Positions 29,381 to 41,617 of a stretch of 64,000 nt of DNA are shown here, one piece after another. Position 1 is the stretch's first letter. Each line of letters starts with the position of its first letter. Source of the stretch: Amphiscolops sp. MND2022 (taxonomy: Eukaryota); the NCBI GenBank assembly GCA_964187785.1, contig OZ076413.1:43278001-43342000 (forward strand), given 5' to 3'. The translations under genes were made by a program, and so were the position numbers. A model generated the notes under the pieces. The model was not told where the DNA came from. It ran no database searches and saw only the letters and a list, made by a program, of their open reading frames with translations.

Positions 29381-31877
29381 TTGAGAACCCATTTTCATCT
29401 TTCCTTCCATCAAGTTCAATCGGGAGCGTTGTACTTGAGCTCATAGAAATATGTATGAAAAATTGACCAGCAACTGATAGTGTTCATCACGAGCATTGAA
29501 TGGAATATGCCTGAAATGATTTTCCATACTTGCCAAGAAATGATTCCTGATACTGTACAATTGTGAAGTAAATCTGAAACCTAATAAGTAAAGACTATCA
29601 CCATTAGTCAAACTGAAAACCCTATTTTTTCTTGGAAAGTTGAAACGACAAAAAGTGCGCTAGATGAATTGAGTTTCTTTTAGCTTAAATCTTTTACCCC
29701 ATGTATATTAGCTCACTGCTCCTAGTTGCAGAAGAAAGGATAAAAGAAAAGTTTATTTGATTGGAATCATTCGATCAAAACCGATAATACATATAAATTG
29801 AAACAAGACGCCCGCTAAGCACTGGGACATTTTCCGCCCTCTTCGCCTTCGCCAACTGAGCCATAGCTATTTTCGGAGGGGGAATAGAACCTAAAGAATA
29901 AGATCTAAATATTAGTGATTTTAAATCTTATTTCCGTCCTGAAATTTAGATCTTATTCCTTTTAGAACTCATTCTCTTTTTTGACTTTAGATATTTTTCC
30001 CATAAGATAGTCAAGTAACTAAAATAGACAAGTAACTAAAATAATCAGGTGAGTCTGGTGAGTCAAATTTGTCAGAATTTGGAAAAAACGCATCACGAAC
30101 AATCATTTTCCTCCCCCATTCAAAAAATGAGAGGCCGGAAAATAGTAAAAGAAACCAATCTGGACAGGAGAAGAGTCTATTCAAAGCTGCTCATAGTTTA
30201 TTTGTGTTCGGAAAAATGAGAATGACAGACCTCAGTGGAATTTGACTTTCGGATGATTTGTTTTTGAAATAAACAGGAAAATGGCTAAAACAGGAAACAA
30301 AGCGTCTGCACGATCAAATAGACAAAGATTCAGACATTGAAAATTCCTCATACAAGTCATTATACAGCAAATTTTAGGCGAATCTCAATTTTAATCAAAT
30401 TTCTGAATCAAAAATCCATTTTCGAGATTCTGCAAATGGATAGAGAGAAATGGAATTTCATTTCAGAAGTTAGAAAATCGATGGGAACTAAAACCAAATG
30501 AAGAACATTGCAAAATAGCTTCTGAGATATCATTACCGGTCAAAAGCGGATTGACAAACTACTAAACTACCACGTTTTCAAATTGCGCGGCTATTTCGGA
30601 GAAAAACCAAAAGAAGTACCTACTCCGAAATTTTTTCTTGCATCGACATCATTCAAGTTTCAACCCTAGTTATTCGAGAACCCATTTTTCATCTTTCCTT
30701 CCATCAAGTTCAATCGGGAGCGTTCTACTTGAGCTCATAAAAATATGTATGAAAAATTGACAAGCAACAGGTAGTGTTCATCACGAGCATTGAATGGAAT
30801 ATGCCTGAAATGATTTTCCATACTTGCCAAGAAATGATTCCTGATACTGTACAAGTGTGAAGTAAATCTGAAAACCTAATAAGTAAAGACTATCACCATT
30901 AGTCAAACTGAAGACCCTATTCTTTCTTGGAAAGTTGAAACGACAAAAAGTGCGCTAGATGAATTGAGTTTCTTTTAGCTTAAATCTTTTACCTCATGTA
31001 TATTAGCTCATTGCACCTAGTTGCAGAAGAAAGGATAAAAGAAAAGTTTATTTGATTGGAATCATTCGATCAAAACCGATAATACATATAAATTGAAACA
31101 AGACGCCCGCTAACCACTGGGACATTTTCCGCCCCCTTCGCCTTCACCAACTGAGCCATAGCTATTTTGGGAGGGGGAATAGAACCTAAAGAGTAAGATC
31201 TAAATATTAGTGAATTTAGATCTTATTTCCGTCCTGAAATTTAGATCTTATTCCTTTTAGAACTCATTCTCTTTTTTGACTTTAGACGTTTTTCCCATAA
31301 GATAGTCAAGTTACTAAAATGAACAAGTAACTAAATTATTCAGGTGAGTCTGGTGAGTCAAATTTGTCGGAATTTGGAAAAAAAACGCATCACGAACAAT
31401 CATTTTCCTCCCCCATTCAAAAAATGAGAGGTCGGAAAATAGTAAAAGAAACCAATCCGGACAGGAGAAGAGTCAATTCAAAGCTGCTCATAGTTTATTT
31501 GTGTTCGGAAAAATGAGAATGACAGACCTCAGTGGAATTTGACTTTCGGATGATTTGTTTTTGAAATAAAAAGGAAAATGGCTAAAACAGGAAACAAAGC
31601 GTCTTCACGATCAAATAGACAAAGATTCAGACATTGAAAATTCCTCATACAAGTCATTATACAGCAAATTTTAGGCGAATCTCATTTTTAATCAAAGTTT
31701 TGAATCAAAAATCCATTTTCGAGAGTCTGCAAATGGATAGAGAGAAATGGAATTTCATTTCAGAAGTTATAAATTCGATGGAAACTAAAACCAAATGAAG
31801 AACATTGAAAAATAGCTTCTGAGATATCATTACCGGTCAAAAGCGGATTGACACTCTACTAAACTACCACGTTTTTT
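29381..31877 (+). repeat. Tandem duplication, ~1.29-kb period
   Basis: 29381-~30577 recurs at ~30674-31877 with high identity (GAGAACCCATTTTCATCTTTCC...AAACTACCACGTTTT). Confidence 0.92.
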
Positions 31878-31879
31878 AA

Positions 31880-33655
31880 GTAACGTTTTATGTAAAAAAG
31901 CATTGAAGGAATTGAACTCAAACACACTTTCGTGGGTCCGTCTAACATTCCAGTTTGAGCCTTGAAGATTGCATGAACATCGTTGCGGAAATGCTCCAGT
32001 TTCTTATTGATGCTTTCATTTTTGAAGGATCATCGCCACAAAAATTGAAACAAGCACATATAACATCAATATTGGAGAGTGGTGATGCAGAAGATCAGGA
32101 AAACTACCAACATATTTCAATTACTTCAGCATTAGCGAAAACGTTCGAGAAAATATTGAAAGAGCAAATTGCTGAAGATCTCAACAGAAACAACTTGATT
32201 GGTCCCAGTCAGTTTCGTTTTGGAAAGAAAATGTCTACAACTGATGCTCTAATTCTTGCCACTGAAAATAATAGGTGAGAAATAGAAGAGAAAAATGTAG
32301 CAGCTGGTTGTCTTGATCTATCAAAAGCGTTCGCTTCAATTTCCTATTAAAGCTAGAGCAACTCAATTTTGACAATATTTTACTCTCAATGATTCGAAGT
32401 TTTTAAAAATGCCGGACTAAGAAAGTTTGTCTCGAGGAGACAGTTTGCTCAGATTGGATAAGTTTGTATCAAAGTGTTCCACAAGGGACAACTCTGGGTC
32501 CCCTGTTGTTCAATATTGATGTCAACGCAATGCATCTGCATGTAACAAAACCAAAAGAAATTGTTCATTATGCAGGCGATACCACAGTCATAAAAACCAC
32601 ATTGATATTTTTCGAAAGTCATCAATTAGATTCGAATGCTACTAAAACCGAATTCATCATTTTCTCCCAAAAATTGAAGAATCAAGAAAAAAATATGAAT
32701 TAACTGTTTCAAATCAAAAAGTTAGCCACACCCAAAAGATTATATATCTCAGAATCCTAATAGAAGAAAATCTTACACATCAAGTTGAAGTTAAAAATAT
32801 TCGCAAAAAAATAGCTTGCGGCATGAAAACTTTTTAATCGATCAGAAATCTTTTTCATGAGAAGATTAGCATTTTACTTCTCAATGCTCTTGTAATAAGT
32901 CAACTTCAGTACTCATCTGTTTTATTCAATGGAATTACCGCAAAAATGAGAACCACTCTGAAATTGCAAAAACATCGAACTGGGGAATTAAAGCAATTTC
33001 CCACAAGAACAAGTTTGAGTGTTGAAGTTATCTAAAAATAGAACACAAAATTTTATCGGTACAATTAATGTTAGATTTGAAAATGAACTGCTATCTTTGG
33101 AAATAGAAAAATCAATTTCTTCCGGCCTATACCGGGAATCAAACGTTGTTATCTATAAAGATAACCAAAAATGAAAGATTAGAAAAACTTTCCCTCAGCC
33201 TAAGAGCCAAAACTGACTTCGTGAAATAATCGTTTTTCAATAGAGCGCCTGTTTTGTGGAACACCTTACCTAGTGAGATAAGGCAACAAGTTGACTACAA
33301 GAAACTGTAGAAGGATCTAAAAAGTAAAAGGTATTGACTCCAAAAATATGCAGACGAAGTGGATTATTCAGCAAAAATATTTTAAAAATATTGGTGTGAG
33401 TTCAGATTCCACGTATCATACACATGATACTAGCTTAAATAATGTGTCGCTCGTTTGTGTTTTTTAACAATTTCATTTTTCTTATTTCATGTGTACACTA
33501 CCTATTTTGAATGTTTTTTTAAAGTTTTCAATTTATGATGGGAATTTAGTGTTTTGTTTTGGAAGAGTAAACATGATCAACCAGACTTGTTGTATTAATT
33601 CCGCCTCTGGATTCCTGCTTGGGTGCTTTATCATTGATTAGCAACTAAAATAACT
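31880..33655 (+). mobile_element. Non-LTR retrotransposon (CR1/L2-like) RT remnant and 3' end
   Basis: ENYQHISITSALAKTFEKI, QFRFGKKMSTTDAL, LDLSKAF, SVPQGTTLGPLLFNI, HYAGDT; further decayed ORF2 likely extends upstream into the duplicated block. Confidence 0.88.
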
Positions 33656-33688
33656 TCTTCATTGGTAAATCGAGTTACGCGAAGGCTT

Positions 33689-34465
33689 CCCAGTTTTTCG
33701 AACTTTGCGAATCTGTACAGATCTGCAGGGCTTTTTCTTCAGGGTTCTGCAGAGATTGTTGCACTGAATCTTGAAGATCCATACAGATCTACAAGATCTT
33801 TCCAGAATCGTGCAGATTTTCTTAAAGCTTTTTTTGCAGAAATATGTTTCTATGCAGCTTCTAAGGAACCACTATACTATATTTTTGGACGTCTTCAACT
33901 ACTTTATCGACTATATTAGCTGACCTAGGGTCAGTTAGTTGAAGTTCTTCATCAGTCAAATTTCTCGAGAAGGAAAATTTGTCCCCATCACGATAATTTT
34001 GGTGACTGGAGAAAGTGCGGTATCTGCTATACACCGCATTTTATTTATTACACTTGAACATTCCAGAACTGGAGTTTCAACTTTGAGAGGCTCGTTTACT
34101 TTGAGAAGCCATATTGACTTTGTTTTTACAGATAAAGTTAGACATGTGGCAACCTTCTGGGTTGGTAGATGTGTTGATAAAGTGTTATCGTAATATTTCC
34201 GCAACATAGTTTGATGAAGTATTTTTAGTAATTGCTGTTAACTTGGAATACGTTATAGTAATTTATTGGTCATTGTTCGACTCTGTAAAGATCTGTAAAG
34301 ATCTGTAATCTCTACAGATCTGTACAGACTGCTGCAGAAAATTTTTTCACCATTTTGACAAAAATATGACTTCTCTCCAGATTTAAACATTTTTATTATT
34401 CCTTTGACAACGATCTGCAAAAATCCTGCAGATTTGCACAGATTCTCAAAGATTGAAAACCTGGG
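33689..34465. mobile_element. CMC/EnSpm-type non-autonomous element, CCCAG...CTGGG, TT TSD
   Basis: TIR CCCAGTTTTTCGAACTTTGCGAATCTGT / ACAGATTCTCAAAGATTGAAAACCTGGG; CAGATCTG subterminal motifs. Confidence 0.8.
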
Positions 34466-35333
34466 TTAAGGGAAGCTCATCAGTTTTTCAGGCAGTGTTT
34501 TGGTTTTCATTTGTTGAGAACTCTTCCGATATAGGTCTTTTTAAAAAGAATTTGGACCTACCTGATCTTATTTAATACTACCGACGAGATTCACTGACCT
34601 TTGGTTATTTCATGAGACTCCCCATTTAGTGCGTTACGACCAAAATCGGTTCATTAGTTAAACCAAACATTATCTAATTTATGCGTTTACTGTCAATATA
34701 ACATTTGAAACTTTGAATTGTACTGAAGACTTTGTGACTGAAAATTGTAGTGTTCGTTTTTTGATGCTGGTATTGAACGTCAAATTCACACAATTTATTT
34801 CTGTGGTACAGTAGAATACGCAGTTTAGGTAACCGTTCTAGTGAGCGTGCTTTTCAAAAAGTGTGGACATTAAAACTTGAAAGTGTGAACAAACAAAACC
34901 CATTGAGGAAAACAAGAGGAAATATGCATGTTTTCGAATGACTCATCATTATTTATCATTGCTTGTCGAGTCATTATTGATATAGTTTGAAGCTGAACCG
35001 GAATGTATTCGCTACTCGTCTCGCTCATTCCACTACTCAGTTTTTGCAGTGTCACTAGGTTAGTTCGACTACTTATTTCACCTCTTGATGAATTTTTAAA
35101 AATTTAAACTACAACCCATGAGTCAACCCCAGAATATGCTTACCGATTTTAGAAAAAGTTTCTTATTAAACTCTGCGTGAGCAATTATCTCTTTATGGTT
35201 AAATAATTCAGGATGAAGCTTGCTGTATGGTCTTCGCTTCATAGCTTGATCTTTCTTCATCACATTTTCACACTGATGCGCGTGTTTTCTGCGACAGATA
35301 AAATAATCACGTGAACAAGGGAATACTAATTAA

Positions 35334-36469
35334 CCCTAAATGGACGAAGAACACTCTGGCTCCAGACTTCGCGCCGAAACCTTGCACGCCTCGTGTTTCT
35401 GATTGCATTTTAGCATGTTTTAAAACATTCTAGGGCAGCTTTGACTCAATCTTGACACCAGTGGTAAAAAGTGGCCACGAATGGAAAGTGGAAAAACCAA
35501 AAATCTACGCTCCTTGTTCTTAATTTTAGGTCGCGTTTGCTTGGTTTTGGAGACATTAAGTCAATAGTTTGTGAAAGGCATGCAGTACCATGTAACTTTG
35601 TCTGAAAATCCTATTCATGTAACGTCCGGCTAGTGGCTCACATCTAGGAAGTGGGATAATGCCTAAGGTGCTTAAACAGGAGACCGTTGTCTTACTACAG
35701 CCTTAGATATCAGTTTTTCTCCCAAAATAGTCTCCTAGGGAGACTTTTCATACGTCTAATGGGACTCCTCAAATTAGAGCTCCGAGGCGACGCGCCGGCG
35801 CTCTCAAAGTCCGGACACGTCCCACAAGCCTGTAAAAACAATCCTGATGCTTCCTGCGAGTACCTGCATACTCTAGAGGTCCAAAAATAGGGCTTTAGCT
35901 AGAGTGCATTCTATTAGATGAATAACGTCTGAAAATGCAAATACAAGGATCTACCAGATCCGGCATCACCATAAATCTGCTAACAAACATCAATAACACT
36001 AGAATTGATCAACAGTAGTTCTTCTAGTTCTTTCATGCTGGTTTTGGAGTTTTCTTCATCATCCACAAACAGGTGATATCTGGATTTCGAGGCATTCTTC
36101 TGTGGAAACCTGGAAAATACACAAACATATGGCACAAATGCGGGTTTTCTGGCTTTTTCTATGACGGGATAGCTGTCAATCACGTTCCACGTTGGGGGTG
36201 ATGCGTTGGGGGTGATGCGTTGGGGGTGATGCGTTGCGGGTTGGTTTTGCACTCTTTTTCATCCTCCTTTTCAATTTCCAGTACCTGCCGTGTCGGCCAT
36301 CTTGATTTTGTGCATATTTTGATATCGAACATTTCGAATTTTTGATCGAAATTATGCTATCGAGTGCTGGACGTTACTTCAAGAGTTTTCTTTACCATAC
36401 GGTCACCTGGTTCCTTCAGAAGTTCGCAGAAATTAACTGGTACGAAGGCGTTTCATCGTCCATTTAGGG
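35334..36469. mobile_element. piggyBac-type non-autonomous element
   Basis: TTAA|CCCTAAATGGACGA ... TCGTCCATTTAGGG|TTAA; internal 14-bp repeat GTTGGGGGTGATGC x3 (~36191-36235). Confidence 0.9.
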
Positions 36470-36658
36470 TTAACTTTCTAACTCTTACGGCTTTGAGAGG
36501 TTTAGCAGTCAGTCAGAGACCCTTCCGATTCTAGCAGTTATTTTGCGTACAACTTTCTGTCAACTGGAATGTAACGTAAAGCTAGCTTCTATGACAGGAA
36601 GAACTAAGGGGTCCGTATTTTCTTGGACTTAAAGACACTGATCGTCGAAAGCACGCTG

Positions 36659-37196
36659 CCCTCGTTGAAATTGCTTGAACTTTTTGAACTTTTTGCATGT
36701 ACTTTAATGTTGCCAGCAACTTTTCTTTTGATTTTCTAAAACTATTTTGAAAACTTCATGCAAAAATGTTTCCCTATTGTATATAACTTTTACCAAGCTG
36801 CGCGGAAGATTCATCAAAGTTTTGGCAGCAACTTTTTTCCTCGAAGTGTTGCAGGTTTCATTGAGCAGCAGCTATAATTTTGAAAGCAAATAAATTAAAA
36901 TCAGTTTTACTGCTAATTTAATGCAAAAAACCTTCAGTCGCGCAATAAATGGCAAATTAGCGTCCTGTTTAGCGTGCTATTTGAGAAGCGGTGATTACAT
37001 CAGATGAGCACTTGAGAAAACAAAGTGTACATAAAAAGTGATCGTTTCGGTAATGATGTGGAGTTCAAATTTAATTGCAGTAGTGGAAAATGCAGTGTAA
37101 TTGTACATGATTTACCGCCTGAAATTCGCTGACCTTTCTAGGTTTTAAAAAAATTCACCCTTGAAAAAACGGTTTTTTAAAAAAAATTAACTAGGG
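36659..37196 (+). mobile_element. CMC-like non-autonomous element, copy 1 (TG TSD)
   Basis: TG|CCCTCGTTGAAATT ... AATTAACTAGGG|TG; body is an inverted homologue of 40157-40707. Confidence 0.65.
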
Positions 37197-37324
37197 TGCC
37201 TAACAAAGAAGTCTGAAAAATCTGTTTATGATATTTTACAGACTTTTCCATCGTTGTTCGCTAACCCGATCTAGATTTTATTCCTCATTTTTATCGTCGT
37301 TCACAGTTCTCTATCCGATTTTTT

Positions 37325-37750
37325 TAGTCGGCGCTTTTATTAATAAAAGAGCCCGACTATTACAGTCACTCTTTTTAAAGACAGACTCGAAGCGAAGAAA
37401 TTTCTGTTCAGTTTTTTGAACTTGGGAAACGCATCTAAGTTATGGCAAAGGGTCCCTTTCAGTTTTTTCTTTTTAAACGTAACATACAAAACCGGACGAG
37501 ACTGAAGGGTCCCCTTTCTAATTTTTCCGGCACTGTGCGCTTTTTTCAATTTTTTGTCCCCAAAGGGTCTCCTTCGATTTTATTGAAGTCGCCCTTGTAA
37601 TGTCCGGGGTTAAGCGCTATATTTGAACTTTTGACCTTATATCCGAACTATATTGCGTTTTTGTAAGGAGGAAGTGGAGGTACGCATATTTCAAATCTGC
37701 GGTTTTTGAGCCTTAGATGTAGCGCCGACTTTAGACGTTCCCGTCTTGTT
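37325..37750 (+). mobile_element. HINE/Helentron-type repeat (family A), complete short copy
   Basis: 5' subTIR AGTCGGCGC with nearby inverted GCCCGACT; 3' subTIR GCGCCGACT, stem-loop AGACG-TTCC-CGTCT, then TGTTT; T-rich flanks. Confidence 0.7.
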
Positions 37751-39429
37751 TCTGCCTTGCATCACAAAACTCTAGATTGTTTTTTGGGACTATTGACGAG
37801 AATGACTTCGTTTTTTTTCGATCAAAAAGAAGTTGTCGTTACCTCAAGGTTGCTCTGGGTAAGTACAGATTTGGTTCGACGTGAACCCTAGTGCGTTTCC
37901 TTGAAAAGGTTAAAAACTGTGTCGTTTAGAATACATGAATTGAATCCTTCAGAACAGTTTCAAACGATATATCCAAAGTTTTCAAAAATTCTAGGTTTTT
38001 GTAGATGAAGCTTGAATCGAATAATGGGAAAAAAGGACTGCAGGAAAATCTAGTTGCTGTCGCTTTTGGCTGCTAAGAGTTTGAAACTTTCTGAGGTCAT
38101 TGAAGCGCAAAACTACACTGCATGTTGAAGAACCTCTTTTTTGTTTCCTGTACTTTGTAGCTTTACAGGTCTACCCGCTTTGTAAAAACCCAGTCATTTT
38201 TTCTAAACCCTACGATTACTTCTGTAAATTTTCCTTAGACTTACAGACTTGAATTCCTTCAAAAGTTTTTTGGTGAGTTTTTTTCTCAAGTTCTTGGATG
38301 AGACATTCAAGGGTCCTTCAAAATAACATGAACTATTCCTCAGTCGAAGTGATCAAGGTTTGATGACCTAATCTGACCAAAAAAGAAATTGTCATGCGTC
38401 TGATACCCAATGAAAATACAGACAGCTACGAAAATAACGTATGTATTCATGTTTTCAAGTCCCATATAATTGTGCGGCAACATTTTCCAGAATTTCCGAG
38501 ACCACATAGAGGTTGTCTGATTTCTCTGTATGAAAAAATTGGAACACAGTGTTAAAAAATCAATTTTTCAACATTGATCTAATAAGTCTACCCAGAATTT
38601 GAAAACAGACAGCGGAACGCAATTTTGATGAGTAGTTTCATGAGTATGAAATCTCCCGAATTGGACCCTAGTATTTTTTTATGACAAAGTAGTTTGAAAA
38701 AATATTGGAAGTAGATTTTCTTTCCTTTGGTTGATTTTTGGAAGTGTGCACTTTTGGATTGTTCTCAAAAAGCAACAAGACGAGAACGTCTAAAGTCGGC
38801 ACTATATCTGAGGCTCAAAAAGCGCAAAACATTTTTTTGATAAAAAAAACTTGATATCGAAATTTTGTAACGGCAAGCGCTGAGCGATTGTATCGTAACA
38901 GCAGAATGGAGGAACTGGTACCATGGATATGGTCCGGGACAAACCACCATGATATCAGCTCACCTTGTCCCCCTAAGGATAGCTGGTCTCGAGGAGGGGG
39001 AACCGTCTCTAAGGATGCTCTATGGCCTGATACCAGTGTGTAATTGCAAGGAATCACGGGCATTGTGCTTTTTCTTTTCACAACCACCAGTAGCTTGTAA
39101 AAACAACAAGGTCGTAAATAACTGAATTTCTCCAGCGGGAAACTGAGTAAATGCGACAAACTAGAAAACAGCCCTCCAGCATATTAATAATTACACAATA
39201 AAAGTACACCAGTTATGATAACGAAGTGCAGTTCGGCGAAATCAGTTGGTTTGTGGGCGGCATGGCACCAGCGCTCAAGCTGGGCACAACCCCCGGGCAC
39301 AGGTACAGTGTTTCAGGCTGTCATGCTGTTTTCCGGTTCAGTTCTGCAAAAACCATGATTCGATCAGACAAACACCGTGGTTTCTGTTAATTCTAGTTGT
39401 TTTTTTCCTGTCTCTTTATCCTTTCGTCA

Positions 39430-39431
<2 letters not shown>

Positions 39432-39474
<43 letters not shown>
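39432..39474. repeat. (CT)n microsatellite
   Basis: About 21 perfect CT units. Confidence 0.95.
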
Positions 39475-39476
<2 letters not shown>

Positions 39477-40156
39477 GGCGGTGGCTTCCTTGACCGTCTT
39501 TTTACACTTTCTGCTGACAGGTACTTGGCCAAAATCATTGGTTGCCACGTCAGTTTTGAACAAAATTTTCAAAATTGGTGTCAAAAACGCGTTGGCCGCG
39601 GATGCCGTTACATTTTTTTCTTTCAAAAATTGTCGCACAGCGCCAAAAAATGTAAGAGAGGGATCCTTTGGGATTTAATAACATACATTCAATTGCAAAA
39701 TATCAAAAAAACTCGAAGGGGGGGCACTTTGGGACAACAAAAATTCGATTTTTATTTGAAATTTTTGATTTAAAAAAAACGAAAAATGGGAATTTTGAAC
39801 AGTCTCATAGTGCCAAAATACTTAAAAGGGGAGACCTCTTAAGCTTTTTGGCACTTTACTTTGCTGCAAAAAATCAAAAATACTCAAAGGGGGGCCACTT
39901 TGGGGACATTAGCAAATTTTTGGAAAAAAGTCGCACAGTGCCAAAAAAAATCGGAAGGGGGGACACTTTAGTCCCGTCCTGTTTTGTAGGTTACGTTTAA
40001 AAAGTGAAAACCAAAGGGGGACCCTTTGGAATAACTTCGATGCGTTTCTCGGGTATTCATTTAGTTTCTTTAGTTGAACGTTACCGTTCGTCGCTTCGAG
40101 TCTGTCTTGAAAAAAAAGAAAAAAAAACAAGTGACTGTAATAGTCGCGTTCTTTTA

Positions 40157-40707
40157 CTCTAGTCGAGATTGCTTGAACTTTTTAAATGCTGCATGAAAAC
40201 ATGCAGGCTAATTTTTTTTACAAAACATGGAGAATTCCGGGAGCCTGCATGGAAACATTTTGTAGGATTACAATGCAGCTTCCACTATTTCAAATAAAAC
40301 TGAAAACATTTCCACTTCTTCACCACCGCGATCACTTTGTTTTCACGCGTATGTTTCTCAAGTAAGTATCTTATGTAATCACCGTTAGTCAGATAGCACG
40401 CTGAATATGACGCGACTTTGAAACTTATAATGTGACTGAAGTTTCTTTGCATTGAAAGCGCGGTAAAATTGATAACGGTCTCAGCTGCTTTCAAAATTAG
40501 AACGGCGTCTTAATGAAACCTACAAAACTTTGCGGCATAAAATTGCCGCCAAATTTAGGATGCTTTTTCTCGGCAGCTTGATAAAATTAAATTGAATCAG
40601 TGACGTTTTGTTGTCTGGACGGTTCTTTGAGATTTTTATAAAATCATGGAAAATTAGGTTGGTAACCTACAAAAACATGTAAAAAGTCCAAGCAGTTTCA
40701 ACCAGGG
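40157..40707 (-). mobile_element. CMC-like non-autonomous element, copy 2 (TA TSD)
   Basis: TA|CTCTAGTCGAGATTGCTTGAAC ... AAGCAGTTTCAACCAGGG|TA. Confidence 0.7.
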
Positions 40708-40730
40708 TAATAATAAAAACGCCAACTAAA

Positions 40731-41083
40731 GACATGCCGGGAACGGCAAAAATCGGCGCCATATCCAAGGCTCAAAACGAAAAGACTTCAAAGTGTCAAT
40801 TATTCTGTTCTACAGTACCCGAAAAACCCAATAATTTACGGAATTGGCGTGCCTAACGCGCAAAAAAGGAGGGACCATTTCGGATTCTTTAACATCCATC
40901 CTGCTGCAAAATATCAAAAAATTGAAGCGGGGAACCTCTTTGCAAACCTCTATTTTTTTCGATCAAATTTGACACCTTAAAAATTCGTTGAACTTTGTAG
41001 AACTATTTTGGTCAGCTCGTGTGGATTTAAGAGAAGAGTCACTAGTATAGTCGCCTTTCACTTCATGAAGCGGCGACTAAAAA
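40731..41083 (-). mobile_element. HINE family A copy
   Basis: CCGGGAACGGC..TCGGCGCCATATCCAAGGCTCAAAA ... AGTCGCCTTTCACTTCATGAAGCGGCGACTAAAAA. Confidence 0.6.
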
Positions 41084-41174
41084 GCAAGATATGATAGACT
41101 TGGACTTTCGGAGACTTCAGACTAATGAGCTTATATGACTTTTTTGTGGTCTTTAGAAACAGAAAATCTTAGTA

Positions 41175-41617
41175 ACCCGATTATTACAGTGGGTTGTTTT
41201 TTTTCAGCTGACAATCTCACTCTGAATGGTCCACTTTTTTACAATTATCATGAATCATGAATTTTGCTTGCGAAGTACGTTTACTTTTACAAAATCTTGC
41301 GAAGTCTTTTTACATCATATAAGAAACGCAACGGGGCCAAAGGATACTCCTTTAAAGAATATTCGGCTCAGCGAGACTTTTTTTCAGGAAACAATTTTAC
41401 ACCAAAGGGTCCCCTTTCAATTTTTTGAAATTTTCCCAGAGAACGGATGTTTAAAAATCTCAAAGGATATCCCTTTCAGTTTTTTTCGGCATTGTGAGAC
41501 TTTTTTACTTTGTTTTCATAAAAGGGAACCCAATTCATCAGTACTTTGACATTTTGAAGTCCTTTTGCTATTTTTGAGCCTTAGATATGGCGCCGACTTG
41601 GGCCGTTCCCGGCTTGT
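41175..41617 (+). mobile_element. HINE family A copy
   Basis: Ends TTTTGAGCCTTAGATATGGCGCCGACTTGGGCCGTTCCCGGCTTGTT; shares blocks in reverse with 24740-24790. Confidence 0.6.

Larger units (their letters stand above)
38774..40730 (-). mobile_element. HINE family A long copy with internal (CT)n and an inserted CMC-like element
   Basis: Starts AACAAGACGAGAACGTCTAAAGTCGGCAC; terminal hairpin GTAATAGTCGCG...AAAACGCCAACTAAA interrupted at 40156/40708. Confidence 0.6.

Noticed and set aside
29381..31877. LTR pair
   Set aside because: Copies are nearly adjacent and lack TG..CA ends, PBS and PPT; treated as a tandem duplication.
39246..39773. 175-aa ORF and ER-repeat antisense ORF
   Set aside because: They run through a (CT)n microsatellite and non-coding HINE sequence.
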